NCBI GenBank assembly: GCA_963766735.1
Contig: CAVYBU010000007.1
Coordinates: 32,001 to 96,000 of the forward strand
DNA from: an uncultured Chloroflexia bacterium
Lineage (GTDB): Bacteria > Chloroflexota > Limnocylindria > Limnocylindrales > CSP1-4
DNA length: 64,000 nt
Direction: 5' to 3'
Both the position numbers and the translations under genes were made by a program. Positions 1 to 9,648 of this stretch are shown one piece after another. How positions within the stretch are numbered: position 1 is the stretch's first letter; each line of letters opens with the position of its first letter. The notes under the pieces were generated by a model. It made no database searches and was not told the origin of the DNA. It saw only the letters and a program-made list of their open reading frames with translations.

Positions 1-1881
1 CTCCTGGACAACCTCGAGCAGATCGTGTCGGCTGCTCCGGAGATCGCCCGGCTGGTGGCAGCCTGTCCAGAGCTTCGGATCGTGATCACCAGCCGGACCC
101 TGCTGCGGATCGCTGCGGAACGGGAGTTTCCGCTTGCCCCCCTCGCGGTCCCTGCCTCGTCCGACGCGGGCTCGACTGAGGCGCTCCTCGAATACCCGGC
201 CGTCGCGCTGTTCGTCGAGCGAGCCCGCGCCTCGAAGGGCAGCTTCGCGCTGACGCCGCAGAACGCGGCTGCCGTCACCGAGGTATGCCGCCGCCTGGAC
301 GGTCTTCCACTGGCGCTTGAGCTCGCTGCCGCGCGGCTGCGGATCCTGTCACCGGAGGCGCTCCTGGAGCGGCTGGACCACGCCTTGAACGTGCTCACCA
401 CCGGTCCACGCGACACCGCCGAACGGCACCAGACCTTGCGCGCCACGATCGACTGGAGCCACGCGCTGCTGGGGGAGTCGGAGCAGCGTCTCTTCCGGCG
501 GATGGCCGTGTTCGTCGGCGGTTGCACCCTCGCTGACGTCGACGCTGTCTGTGCAGAGCCGGGCGAGACGAGCCTCGAAGCGCTGGAGTCGCTCGTCGAC
601 AAGGCGCTCGTGCAGGCAGACGGTCAAGGGGACCGGCTCCGAATGCTCCAGACGATCGGCGAGTACGCCCGGGAGCAGCTCGAGGGGTCGGGAGAGACCG
701 AGGACGTCACTCGACGATTCGTCACGCGATACGCCGCGATCGCCCAGGACATCCGCGACGGCATCGAAGGTGTCGACCAGGTGGGGTCGCTCCAGCGCGC
801 CGTCGAGGAGGACGCCAACATCCTGTCCGCGCTCGAGACTCTGCTTGCCATGGCAGTGGCGGGGGACGAGGTCGCGGCGCAGGAAGGTCTGCAGATGTGC
901 GGGGACCTCTACATGTGCTGGCACATCCGTGGCAAGAACGTCACGGCGAGCGAGTACGGCACAGCCTTCCTCGAGGCGGACAGATCGGGCCGGCCCACGG
1001 TGGCACGGTCGGGCGCGCTCATCACGGCAGGGCTGGGATCGTTCGCCCTGGGCCATCTCGGCCAGGCGGATGAGCAGTGGGCCGAGGCGTATCGAGTCGC
1101 GGAGCAGGTCGGGGCGGGCCGCGAGATGTGTGTCGCGGCGTTCAGCCGGGCCTTCGTGCTTATCGCGATGGGCGACGGGGCGGCAGGACGGTGGGCGAAG
1201 GACGCCCTCGAGCGGAGCCGGGCGCTCGGCTCCGCCTGGGTGCTGGGGTTCTCGCTGACGGTCCACGGTCTCGCCCGTGCGGGCATCGGCGACACGGAGA
1301 CGGCGGAGGCTGAGTACCGGGAAGCCCTGCAGGTCCAGGAGGATCTCGGCGACCTCGAGGGGGCCGGGCTGACGCTGGGCTTCTTCGCTGCGCTCTGCGC
1401 CTCGCGCGGCGAGCGGCCGCGAGCTCTGGAGATGTACCAGCGGGCGTTGACGGGGTACGAGACGATCGGTGATCGTGCCGAGGAGGCCCGCATGCACGAC
1501 GAGATGGCGTGGACCCACCTGCTCAATGATGACATCGCCGAGGCGCGTCACCACTTCCTCGCGTCCGTACGGGCCTACGCCGACGTGGCAAGCGTCCGTG
1601 GCGTCGGGCTCGCGATGATCGGCCTGGCCGCCGCTGAGGGTGTCGAGAATCGGCCGGAGCGGGCCGTGCAGCTTGCCGCGGCGGCGGAGGTCTTCGCCCG
1701 TCAGGAGGGCATCGTCAACGTCTACTCCGACGCGAACCCGGGTCTCAACTTCGTCGAGCAGGCACGCGCATCACTGTCGGAGGCGGACATCGCCCGAGCC
1801 ACGGACATCGGCCGCCGATTGACGATCAAGCAGGCGCTCGACCTCGCCAGGAACGCCGACGCAGCTCCGGCCCAGGCCTAG
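1..1881 (+). CDS. STAND-type (NB-ARC-like) ATPase with winged helix and TPR-like repeats, 5'-truncated by window edge
   Basis: Frame open from base 1 (LLDNLEQ, Walker B region); VITSR, CRRLDGLPLALELAAAR, RHQTLRATIDWS, LVDKALV motifs; helical repeat C-terminus with no LuxR HTH. Confidence 0.85.
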   Translation, partial: LLDNLEQIVSAAPEIARLVAACPELRIVITSRTLLRIAAEREFPLAPLAVPASSDAGSTEALLEYPAVALFVERARASKGSFALTPQNAAAVTEVCRRLDGLPLALELAAARLRILSPEALLERLDHALNVLTTGPRDTAERHQTLRATIDWSHALLGESEQRLFRRMAVFVGGCTLADVDAVCAEPGETSLEALESLVDKALVQADGQGDRLRMLQTIGEYAREQLEGSGETEDVTRRFVTRYAAIAQDIRDGIEGVDQVGSLQRAVEEDANILSALETLLAMAVAGDEVAAQEGLQMCGDLYMCWHIRGKNVTASEYGTAFLEADRSGRPTVARSGALITAGLGSFALGHLGQADEQWAEAYRVAEQVGAGREMCVAAFSRAFVLIAMGDGAAGRWAKDALERSRALGSAWVLGFSLTVHGLARAGIGDTETAEAEYREALQVQEDLGDLEGAGLTLGFFAALCASRGERPRALEMYQRALTGYETIGDRAEEARMHDEMAWTHLLNDDIAEARHHFLASVRAYADVASVRGVGLAMIGLAAAEGVENRPERAVQLAAAAEVFARQEGIVNVYSDANPGLNFVEQARASLSEADIARATDIGRRLTIKQALDLARNADAAPAQA

Positions 1882-2084
1882 ACGTCGGTGGGGCTTTGCG
1901 GAGCCCCGGCGCCATGACGTGGCGGGAGCCCAAGCGTCAGTCCGTATGCTGGCCGGCCTGCCCTTCGAGACGCTGCTACCGGGGCATGGGGACCCCATCA
2001 TCGGCGGCGCGTGGAACGAATTGGCCGCGTACCTCGCCGGCGGGTGAAGTACGCGATCGAACAGGACCGCTACCGGCTCTCATG

Positions 2085-2290
2085 TCAGGCGTAGGCTGCG
2101 AGACGGGCAGTTGGCGCCCGGCGCCCGTCCGGGGGCGCCACGACCACACGCTGCCCTGCCCGAAGAACGGCATCGCCTCGGGTCGAAGGCGGATCGAAGC
2201 CGCCCCACGGCCGACGGTCGTCACCTCTTCCACGAGATTCGCGACGGGCTGCTTCGTTTGGTCGGGTGTTGCGCGTTCGAGCGCCGCGGG
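2085..2290 (-). pseudogene. Possible remnant of the C-terminus of a large serine recombinase
   Basis: Minus frame reads ERATPDQTKQPVANLVEEVTTVGRGAASIRLRPEAMPFF..WRPRTG, resembling recombinase tails; no start or catalytic domain. Confidence 0.3.
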
Positions 2291-2376
2291 AACGGCCAGC
2301 GACCGCGTGGGAGGGCGCCCAGGCCCGGTGGGCTCCCGGAACATCTGGGAGCTCCATGCGGGTCTCCGCTGATCGT

Positions 2377-3528
2377 CTACACCTGCAGGAAGGAGCCCAC
2401 GGCCATCCCCGCGAGCGCGAGCAGGATCAGCGCGAGCACGGCCGGGCCGCCCCAGCGTCCGAGCGACCACGCGGGATCGCGCACCGGACCCGTGCGCCGG
2501 GCGGCCAGGTACATGGGCACCACGATCAGCGCGACGACCAGGGCCGTCGCCCCGGCCGCGAGCCGCAGGAACTCGAGGAACTCCGCGGTCAGGAGCCACA
2601 CGAGGAGCAGGGACGGGATCGTGGCGGCGACCCAGGCGAGCCGGTGCGACACGGCCGTCCGCTCCCGCAGGATGTCCGCCAGGGCGAGCGATACCGACCA
2701 GTAGCTTGTCACCAGCGCCGCGACGATGAACGCCGACCCGACCGTGCCAGCCCAGGGTCCGATCCGGTCGGCGATGCCGATGATGGCGACCTTCGTCACC
2801 TCGGTGGAGACGCCGAGCGCCACGACGGCCACGACCGCCGTCAGCACGCCGTTGAGCGCCAGACCCAGCAGGAGCGCGCGGACGGCGCCCCGGCGATCGT
2901 CCCCCAGCCCGGCCACGACCTGGGGGACGCTGTAGAAGGTCCAGTAGGCGTACATCACCATCGCGTACAGCGCGAGCCACTCCGCCGGCGTCCCGGTCGG
3001 CCCGGGCGGAAGGTCGAACGGGACGCCCACCGCACCGGCGGCGATCACGACCACGAGGCCGAACAGGGCAAGCGCCCCGAACCGCTCGGCAACGCCGACC
3101 GCCTTGAGGCCGAAGAAGACCACTCCCGCTGAGACGACGTAGACCGCGAGCTCGGCGGCGAACCGGTCGATCCTCAGCAGACCGGCGACGATCTCGCCGG
3201 CGCCGGACACATAGGCGGCAAGGTTGGCGAGGAACGCGAGGCTGAGCAGCAGGAACACGGCCCACAGCACCGGCCGGCCCAGGCGACCGTGGAACACGTA
3301 CAAGCGCATCAGCTCAACGATCTGCAGGTCCCGGCCGGTCCGGAACAGGACCTCGGCGAGCATCAGGTGGACCATCGAGCTCGCCGCCCAGGCGATGGGC
3401 AGGATGATGGCCAGCCCCAGCGCGCCAGTGCGGTCCGCGAGATAGGGGACCGCCATGATCCCGGCGCCGACGCCGGCCCCGACCATCAGCGAGGTCGCCT
3501 CCCAAGTGCTCAGTCGCTGGGTCGTCAC
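2377..3528 (-). CDS. Aromatic amino acid permease family (HAAAP/AAAP-like) transporter
   Basis: N-terminal ATSLMVGAGVGAGIMAVPY motif and about 11 hydrophobic segments. Confidence 0.8.
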   Translation of the reverse strand: MTTQRLSTWEATSLMVGAGVGAGIMAVPYLADRTGALGLAIILPIAWAASSMVHLMLAEVLFRTGRDLQIVELMRLYVFHGRLGRPVLWAVFLLLSLAFLANLAAYVSGAGEIVAGLLRIDRFAAELAVYVVSAGVVFFGLKAVGVAERFGALALFGLVVVIAAGAVGVPFDLPPGPTGTPAEWLALYAMVMYAYWTFYSVPQVVAGLGDDRRGAVRALLLGLALNGVLTAVVAVVALGVSTEVTKVAIIGIADRIGPWAGTVGSAFIVAALVTSYWSVSLALADILRERTAVSHRLAWVAATIPSLLLVWLLTAEFLEFLRLAAGATALVVALIVVPMYLAARRTGPVRDPAWSLGRWGGPAVLALILLALAGMAVGSFLQV

Positions 3529-3568
3529 GATCCTCTCCGGAGAGTCGGCCCGGGGCCCTGGTCGGTGC

Positions 3569-4672
3569 TCATAGGGTCGCCATCTCGACGTACGGCACCC
3601 GGGTGTCCAGCCCGGCCGCCGGGTCAGCGTCCCACGCCATGACGAACAGGTCGCTGCGGTACGTCACGTGCAGCCACCGACGGGCGACCCGGAGGAGGGG
3701 ATCCTCGTCCGCGAGCCCGAGCATCAGGAACGCCTTGCCCCGCGCCTGCGCCCGTGCCGCAACCGCGGACAGGAGGAGCTCCATCACGTCGGGGTCGTCG
3801 TCGGAGACGCACGTGCACGCCGCGAAGGAGAGCGGGATGGCCGTCCCGGGTGGCGTCAGCGGCCGCGCGCCGATCAGCCGCGCCAGGAGGTCATACCCGG
3901 GGCTCAGGCGCCGGAGCCGCGGTCCATACGCGTGGACGATGTCCTGCTTGAAGGAGGCCTGGTCCCAGCCGGCCATGACACCGGCGATTGCCCCCTCACG
4001 CAGCACCACGGCCACGTCGTCCGGCGCCAGGCCCCGCATCGTCCTTCCCCCGGCGAAGTCCTCGACGGTGTAGGCCGGGTAGAGCTGACGCCGCGGGCCG
4101 TGGGCACGCAGGAATGCCACCGTCGGCTCGAGGCCGATCTCCGCGGCGCTCACGACCTCGAACCCGGCGCGCCTGACCGGCCGACGGGGCCGCAGCAGGA
4201 TCGCGCAGACCGTTAGTCCGGCGAGCCGGGCCGAGCGGAGCCCGCCGGGGGGGCGCGCGCCAAGCAGCACCCCACGAGCACGGGGGTTCTCACGGGCGAT
4301 GACCCCCATGTACAGCAGCCCCGGTGGGCTGGCGGCCCGAAACACCGGCATCGAGCGGTGCAGCAGCCACCGCCCACGATAGCCATCGGCCACACGGATC
4401 TGGCCGACGTAGCCCACACGGGTCTCGGCGCCGTTGAGGAAGGCGGAATGCTCGGCGCGGCACAGGATCCCGGCAAGGCTGCCATCCGGGGCACGACCGA
4501 CAAACACGTCGCAGGGGTCGCCCATGATGGACGTGCCCAGGAAGTAGTCGGGCTCGCGAGCGAACCGCACGCTGACAGCACCCGGCATCGGGGTAGCGGC
4601 CACGAGGCGGCGGATATCGGGCTCGTCGTCCGGCGTGGCGAGACGGACCTCGATGTCGGCCGGGGCGCTCAT
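3569..4672 (-). CDS. GNAT-fold N-acyltransferase-like protein
   Basis: ATG at 4672 overlaps the upstream stop (ATGA); EVRLATPDD..VGYVGQIRVADGYRGR acyl-CoA-binding-like motif; length fits a tandem GNAT. Confidence 0.65.
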   Translation of the reverse strand: MSAPADIEVRLATPDDEPDIRRLVAATPMPGAVSVRFAREPDYFLGTSIMGDPCDVFVGRAPDGSLAGILCRAEHSAFLNGAETRVGYVGQIRVADGYRGRWLLHRSMPVFRAASPPGLLYMGVIARENPRARGVLLGARPPGGLRSARLAGLTVCAILLRPRRPVRRAGFEVVSAAEIGLEPTVAFLRAHGPRRQLYPAYTVEDFAGGRTMRGLAPDDVAVVLREGAIAGVMAGWDQASFKQDIVHAYGPRLRRLSPGYDLLARLIGARPLTPPGTAIPLSFAACTCVSDDDPDVMELLLSAVAARAQARGKAFLMLGLADEDPLLRVARRWLHVTYRSDLFVMAWDADPAAGLDTRVPYVEMATL

Positions 4673-6003
4673 CGGAGGCCGAGCCGGATGCCCTGGCGCT
4701 TCCATGCCTCCTGCCTGTACAGCGGGTTGTAGGCGCAGTACAGCGCGAACCGGAGCGGGGACGACATGTTCGTGCGCCGGTCGAACGCCCGACGCAGGAT
4801 CGAGGACGCGCTGCTCCACCGACGTCGGCTCGCCCAGGCCGCCTCCGTGAGCTGCTCGGGCGTCATCCGGGCCGGCCGGAACGCGGCCTCGTTGAAGCGG
4901 TAGTCGGGATGGAGCCACCAGCGGCCGTCGTAGAGGAGGCGGCCCTCGGCCTGCAGCCGGGCATACAGCGGCGTCCCCGGGTACGGCATGAGCACGTTGA
5001 AGGCCGCGAACGTGAACCGGTTGTCGATCGCCCACTCGCACGCTGCAAATATGGAATCGGGAGTATCCCGGTCGTAGCCCACGGTGAACGCGGCCCACGT
5101 CTGGAGCCCGTGCTCGCGGATCGTCCCGATTGCGCCGGCGTAGCGGTCGAATCCGACGAGGTTGGTGCCCTTGCGCATCTGGCGGAGGTTCTCGGGGTCG
5201 AGGCTCTCGAACCCGATCACGTTGCCCAGGCAGCCGCTGTCCACGAACAGGCGCATCAGCTCCGGATCACGAACCTGGTCCACGCTCGCCTGCGACACCC
5301 AGCGGATCCGCAAGGGGATCAGCGCTCTCAGGAGCGCCTTCGCCGCTGCAGGATCGGCGATGAGGTTGTCATCGACGAAGAACAGGTTGCGTCCCTGCTG
5401 GGCGCGAATCTCGGCAACGACCTCGGCGGGCGCTCGCGCGTACTGGTGGTGGTGGAAGTACTCGGCGACGGCGCAGAACTCGCAGCCGAACCGGCAACCA
5501 CGTCCGAACTGCAGGAGGGTCAGGGGGAGGTAGCCCTTGCTGGCGAACAAGTCTCGTCGAGGGATGAGGGCCCCGGGCTGCGGAGGCCCGACCGGGGCGT
5601 CGTACCTGGGTCGCAGCCGCCCTTCGTGCGCGTCGGCCACGACCTGCGGCCAGAGCGTCTCGGCGTCGCCGGTGAACACGGCATCGGCGTGCGCGGCAAC
5701 CTCGTCCGGGATCAGGGTCGGATGCATGCCGCCCATCACCACCGGGACGCGGCGTGCCCGGTACTCGGCCGCGATCTCGTAGGCACGGCGCGCGGTGAAC
5801 GTCTCGACGGTGATCGCGACGAGGTCCGTGGGCTCGTCGTAGTCGATGATGTCGATGCGGTCGTCGAGGAGCTGGACGTCGACGCCGGCCGGGGTCAGGG
5901 CGGCCAGCACCGCCAGCTGGAGCGGTTCCATCCGTGCCGCATCGAGGAACGGCGCGCCGTCGCCGAGGCGCCCGAGGGTGGGCTTGATGAACGTGACGAG
6001 CAT
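4669..6003 (-). CDS. B12-binding domain radical SAM protein
   Basis: DLVAITVET..VVMGGMHPT cobalamin-binding region; CRFGCEFC [4Fe-4S] motif; FFVDDN, GFES, PYPGTPLY. Confidence 0.9.
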   Translation of the reverse strand: MLVTFIKPTLGRLGDGAPFLDAARMEPLQLAVLAALTPAGVDVQLLDDRIDIIDYDEPTDLVAITVETFTARRAYEIAAEYRARRVPVVMGGMHPTLIPDEVAAHADAVFTGDAETLWPQVVADAHEGRLRPRYDAPVGPPQPGALIPRRDLFASKGYLPLTLLQFGRGCRFGCEFCAVAEYFHHHQYARAPAEVVAEIRAQQGRNLFFVDDNLIADPAAAKALLRALIPLRIRWVSQASVDQVRDPELMRLFVDSGCLGNVIGFESLDPENLRQMRKGTNLVGFDRYAGAIGTIREHGLQTWAAFTVGYDRDTPDSIFAACEWAIDNRFTFAAFNVLMPYPGTPLYARLQAEGRLLYDGRWWLHPDYRFNEAAFRPARMTPEQLTEAAWASRRRWSSASSILRRAFDRRTNMSSPLRFALYCAYNPLYRQEAWKRQGIRLGLR

Positions 6004-6210
6004 CGCCGCATCTCCCGGCAGGACCTCAGCGACGATGGCCTGTCGCGCCCGGGGCGGCAAGTGCCGATCGTCGCGCCGTCAGGCTCCTCGGGCCTCGCCT
6101 GCCAAGCGAGCGGACCGATGGGGGTGTCCGTGCCCCCATGGTTGTCCGGGACGCCACCACATTCGCCTCCCGATCGAGTGGCGTTCTGGAAGGCGTGCTA
6201 GCGTCGCTTC

Positions 6211-6660
6211 ATGAATGGCACCTCGGCATCCCGCCCGTCTTCGCTTCCACGGCTCGTCGCACGGGTGGTTCTCGGGCTGTTCCTGCTGTTCACCGGCCTC
6301 GGTCACCTCACGTTCAGCCGCGCGGAGTTCAGCGCGCAGGTTCCGGACTGGCTGCCCGTGGGAGACGACGTCGTGGTCGTCGGGTCGGGCGTCGCGGAGC
6401 TGGCCCTGGGCGCGGCCCTCATCGCCCTCCCGCGCCACAGGGTCGCCGTGGGGTGGATCGTTGCAGCGTTCTTCGTGGCGATCTTCCCTGGCAACATCTC
6501 CCAGTATCTGAACCGGGTTGACGCTTTCGGACTCACCAGCGACGAGGCGCGAGCCGCCCGCCTGGCCTTCCAGCCGGTCCTCGTCCTGTGGGCTCTCTGG
6601 TCCACGGGCGCATGGCGTGACCGGGGAACGCTCCGGGGCGTGGTCAGGCGCCGGCGGTAG
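6211..6660 (+). CDS. DoxX-like membrane protein
   Basis: GLGHLTF..SGVAELALG..FFVAIFPGNI..RLAFQP pattern; four TM segments. Confidence 0.75.
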   Translation: MNGTSASRPSSLPRLVARVVLGLFLLFTGLGHLTFSRAEFSAQVPDWLPVGDDVVVVGSGVAELALGAALIALPRHRVAVGWIVAAFFVAIFPGNISQYLNRVDAFGLTSDEARAARLAFQPVLVLWALWSTGAWRDRGTLRGVVRRRR

Positions 6661-6876
6661 TCAGGGTCCAGCCTCGGGGGTCCTGTCGGCGATGGTGACC
6701 GAGGGAGCCTTCGCCGTCAGCTGACAGCCAGTTTCGGATCACGGGCAGAATCATCTCCCGCAGCCGCTCGGCAAGGGCACATGGGGTCATCGACACCGGT
6801 CCAGAGTAGGCAGATTCTCCGGTCGGGCACAAGATGAACGAGCTCGAGAACGCCGGACGTCGCTCCGGGCGTGACC

Positions 6877-8028
6877 TCAGCCGAGCGCGGCGCGCAGCGA
6901 CACGTCGAGGTCGGCCCAGAGGTCCTCCACGTTCTCGATGCCGACCGACAGGCGACACAGGGTGGGACCCACGATCGACGCATCGCCGGCGTAGCGCGCC
7001 CGGCGCTCGATCAACGACTCGACGCCTCCGAGGCTGGTGGCGTGGGCGAGCAGGCGCAGCCGCGCCAGGAACGCCTCGGTCTGGTCGACGGTTCCGGCGA
7101 CCTCGAAGGACAGCATCGACCCCGACCCGTGGGGGAGCACGCGCGAGGCGCGCTCGTGCTGCTGATCGCCGGGGAGGCCGGGGTAGAACACGTTCGACAC
7201 GTGCGGGTGTGACGCCAGGCGACGGGCGAGCTCCGCGGCCGACGCCTCGGCCCGGTCGAGCCGGACGGCGAGCGTGCGCAGGCCGCGCAGCGCCAGGAAG
7301 GCGTCGAAGGCGCCGGGGATCGACCCATGGTCGTGGCGGTACGTCGCCAGGAAGTCCGCGTGTGTCGTGTCCCTGCACACTGCCGCTCCGAGGAGGACGT
7401 CGGAGTGGCCCGCGATCAGCTTGGTCGCGGAGTGGAGGACGATGTCCGCTCCGAGGTCGAGAGGCCGCTGGCGGAGCGGCGTCGCGAACGTCGCGTCGAC
7501 CACGGTGATCGCACCGCGCTCCCTCGCCCCGGCGGCGATCGCGGGGACGTCGGCGACCACGATGAGCGGGTTGGCGATCGACTCCACCCACACCATGTCG
7601 GCGCCGTCGGCCGCCGCCAGGAAGGCGTTGGTGTCGCCCGCTGGGGCCAGATGGACGTGCAGGCGGCCGGACGCCTGCATCCGCTCGAAGATGTTCCTGA
7701 CGCCGTAGTACGTGACCGAGGACAGCACAACCGTCCCACCGGGCGGCACGAGGTCGGCGATTGCGGCCGCTGCTGCGAGACCCGAGGCGAACGTCACGGC
7801 CCGGCCGCCGTCCAGCGCACCCAGCGCCTCCTCGAGCGCGCCCCAGGCGGTGTTGCCGTCGCGGCCGTACTCGAGGCTCGCGTCGTGGACGTAGGTGGAG
7901 CTCAGGGTGATCGGCGCGTTCATTGGGGCACCGGGCGAACGCGCGGGCCGGCCGGCCTGGACGGCGACCGTGTCGGCCGACCACGCCTGGTCGAGGGCGA
8001 GGGGAGCGGGGTACAGCGGCTCGGTCAT
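6877..8028 (-). CDS. PLP-dependent trans-sulfuration enzyme (cystathionine gamma-synthase/lyase family)
   Basis: YGRDGN, FASGLAA, VDATFATP, HSATKLIAGHSD (PLP lysine), TSLGGVESL, RLSVGIE. Confidence 0.9.
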   Translation of the reverse strand: MTEPLYPAPLALDQAWSADTVAVQAGRPARSPGAPMNAPITLSSTYVHDASLEYGRDGNTAWGALEEALGALDGGRAVTFASGLAAAAAIADLVPPGGTVVLSSVTYYGVRNIFERMQASGRLHVHLAPAGDTNAFLAAADGADMVWVESIANPLIVVADVPAIAAGARERGAITVVDATFATPLRQRPLDLGADIVLHSATKLIAGHSDVLLGAAVCRDTTHADFLATYRHDHGSIPGAFDAFLALRGLRTLAVRLDRAEASAAELARRLASHPHVSNVFYPGLPGDQQHERASRVLPHGSGSMLSFEVAGTVDQTEAFLARLRLLAHATSLGGVESLIERRARYAGDASIVGPTLCRLSVGIENVEDLWADLDVSLRAALG

Positions 8029-8030
8029 GG

Positions 8031-8867
8031 TCAGGGCTCCGTCGATCGGGGGTGGGATGCGGTCAGCAGGCGGCTCGCCGTGGCGACGGCCGGGTCGAGG
8101 GCGTTGGGGCGGTCCTCCACGGCGACGACCTTCTCCCAGACGGAGACGTGGGACCGGCTCGTGTTCGTGAAGGGCGTCCTGGCCCAATCCTCCCATCGCT
8201 CGCGGACCTCCATGCCCGCGATTCTTGCCATCAGGTCCAGCTCGGCCGGCCACGCGTAGCGGAACGGGGTCGACGAGCGTGTGACCGTGCCGTCGTGCGT
8301 CGTCACGTGGTGCGAGACGAGCGACTGGCTCACGACGTCATATTCGTCGACGCCAATGTGGGACTCGGTCACAGCGAACGGAACGAACCGCCCACCTGGT
8401 GGGAGCCGCCGCAGGGCTGGAACGAAGGTCTCGACCACGAACCTGCCACCGGGCCGGAGGTGTGCGGCCGCGTTGACGAAGCAGTCGACCTGGGCGTTCT
8501 GCGTCGTGAGGTTCGTGATCGTGTTGAAGACGAGGTAGACGAGCGAGAAGCCCCCGGCATCGGGGAGGCGCACCGTGGAGATGTCCCCGATGGTGACCGG
8601 GATCGATGCCTCGTCGCCCCCGGGCTTGGTCCGCAGGCGCGCCACCATGGCTGACGACAGGTCGATCCCGGACACTCGGATCCCCCGGGCGGCGAGCGGC
8701 AACGCCACGCGACCTGTGCCGATCGCGAACTCCAGCGCCATACCGCCCTCCGCGTGCTCCGCAAGGAATGTCACGGCAGGCTCGAGCGCCCTTGGTTCGA
8801 ACATCGTCGCTTCGTCGGCGTCGTAGGTCGACGCCGTTTCCTCGTCGAACCAGTTGTCGGCAGGCAT
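8031..8867 (-). CDS. Class I SAM-dependent methyltransferase
   Basis: LEFAIGTGRV motif I, GIDLS, HLRPGGRFVVE. Confidence 0.85.
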   Translation of the reverse strand: MPADNWFDEETASTYDADEATMFEPRALEPAVTFLAEHAEGGMALEFAIGTGRVALPLAARGIRVSGIDLSSAMVARLRTKPGGDEASIPVTIGDISTVRLPDAGGFSLVYLVFNTITNLTTQNAQVDCFVNAAAHLRPGGRFVVETFVPALRRLPPGGRFVPFAVTESHIGVDEYDVVSQSLVSHHVTTHDGTVTRSSTPFRYAWPAELDLMARIAGMEVRERWEDWARTPFTNTSRSHVSVWEKVVAVEDRPNALDPAVATASRLLTASHPRSTEP

Positions 8868-9108
8868 GGCGCAAGCGTAGCCGACGGCCCCCGGACGGTC
8901 GGACAGCCACCGTGTACGAAGCCGGCCGCTTCGACGCTCTCATGGCGGGAGGTGTGCCGGTCTCGTCCTCAGTCCAGATGGCATGGCCGCCTCGAGAAGG
9001 CCCCAACGGCCCTCGACCCACCGCTCACAGCCGTGCACAGTCGTGTGCGCGCCCGATCGGGCTGACACCGGCTGGGACAGTCCGTGGGGCACGTGACATC
9101 TCACAGGT

Positions 9109-9648
9109 ATGAGCAGCCTCGCGCCGGACCTCGCGACCGCAGCAACGGTGGAGCGTGCCGTTGCCGGTGACGAGATTGCCTTCGCCCGGATCGTCGCGAC
9201 GCACCGAGCCGAGATGGTGCGCGTCGCGTACGTCGTGTCCGGGGACTGGGACCTCGCCCAGGATGCCGCTCAGGCCGCCCTCTGGAACGCCTGGCGCAAG
9301 CTCCCCTCGCTGCGCGACCCGGCATCGCTCCGTCCGTGGCTCATGTCGGTGGCTGCGAATGAGGCCCGGGCGATCGTACGCCGCGAACACAGACACCCGG
9401 TCGTCGAGCTGGCGGTCGCTGGCGAACAGGCAGGCAGCGACGGGCCGGCCGACGGGATCGACCAGATCGACCTGGGCAACGCCCTCCGTCGACTGAGTGG
9501 TGATGACCGGACGCTGGTCGCGCTTCGCTATGTCGCCGATCTCGATTCGGGCGAGATCGGGGACCTGACCGGACGCTCCGCTTCAGGTGTGCGTACCCGA
9601 CTATCCCGTGTCCTACATCGCCTGCAGAAGGACCTCGACCATGACTGA
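9109..9648 (+). CDS. ECF RNA polymerase sigma factor
   Basis: Region 2 ([26 protein letters not shown]) and region 4 ([21 protein letters not shown]). Confidence 0.9.
   Translation: MSSLAPDLATAATVERAVAGDEIAFARIVATHRAEMVRVAYVVSGDWDLAQDAAQAALWNAWRKLPSLRDPASLRPWLMSVAANEARAIVRREHRHPVVELAVAGEQAGSDGPADGIDQIDLGNALRRLSGDDRTLVALRYVADLDSGEIGDLTGRSASGVRTRLSRVLHRLQKDLDHD

Noticed and set aside
6661-6876. Possible gene remnant (..ERLREMILPVIRNWL..) in the gap after the DoxX-like gene
   Set aside because: No start, RBS or recognisable family; cannot be supported without a search.
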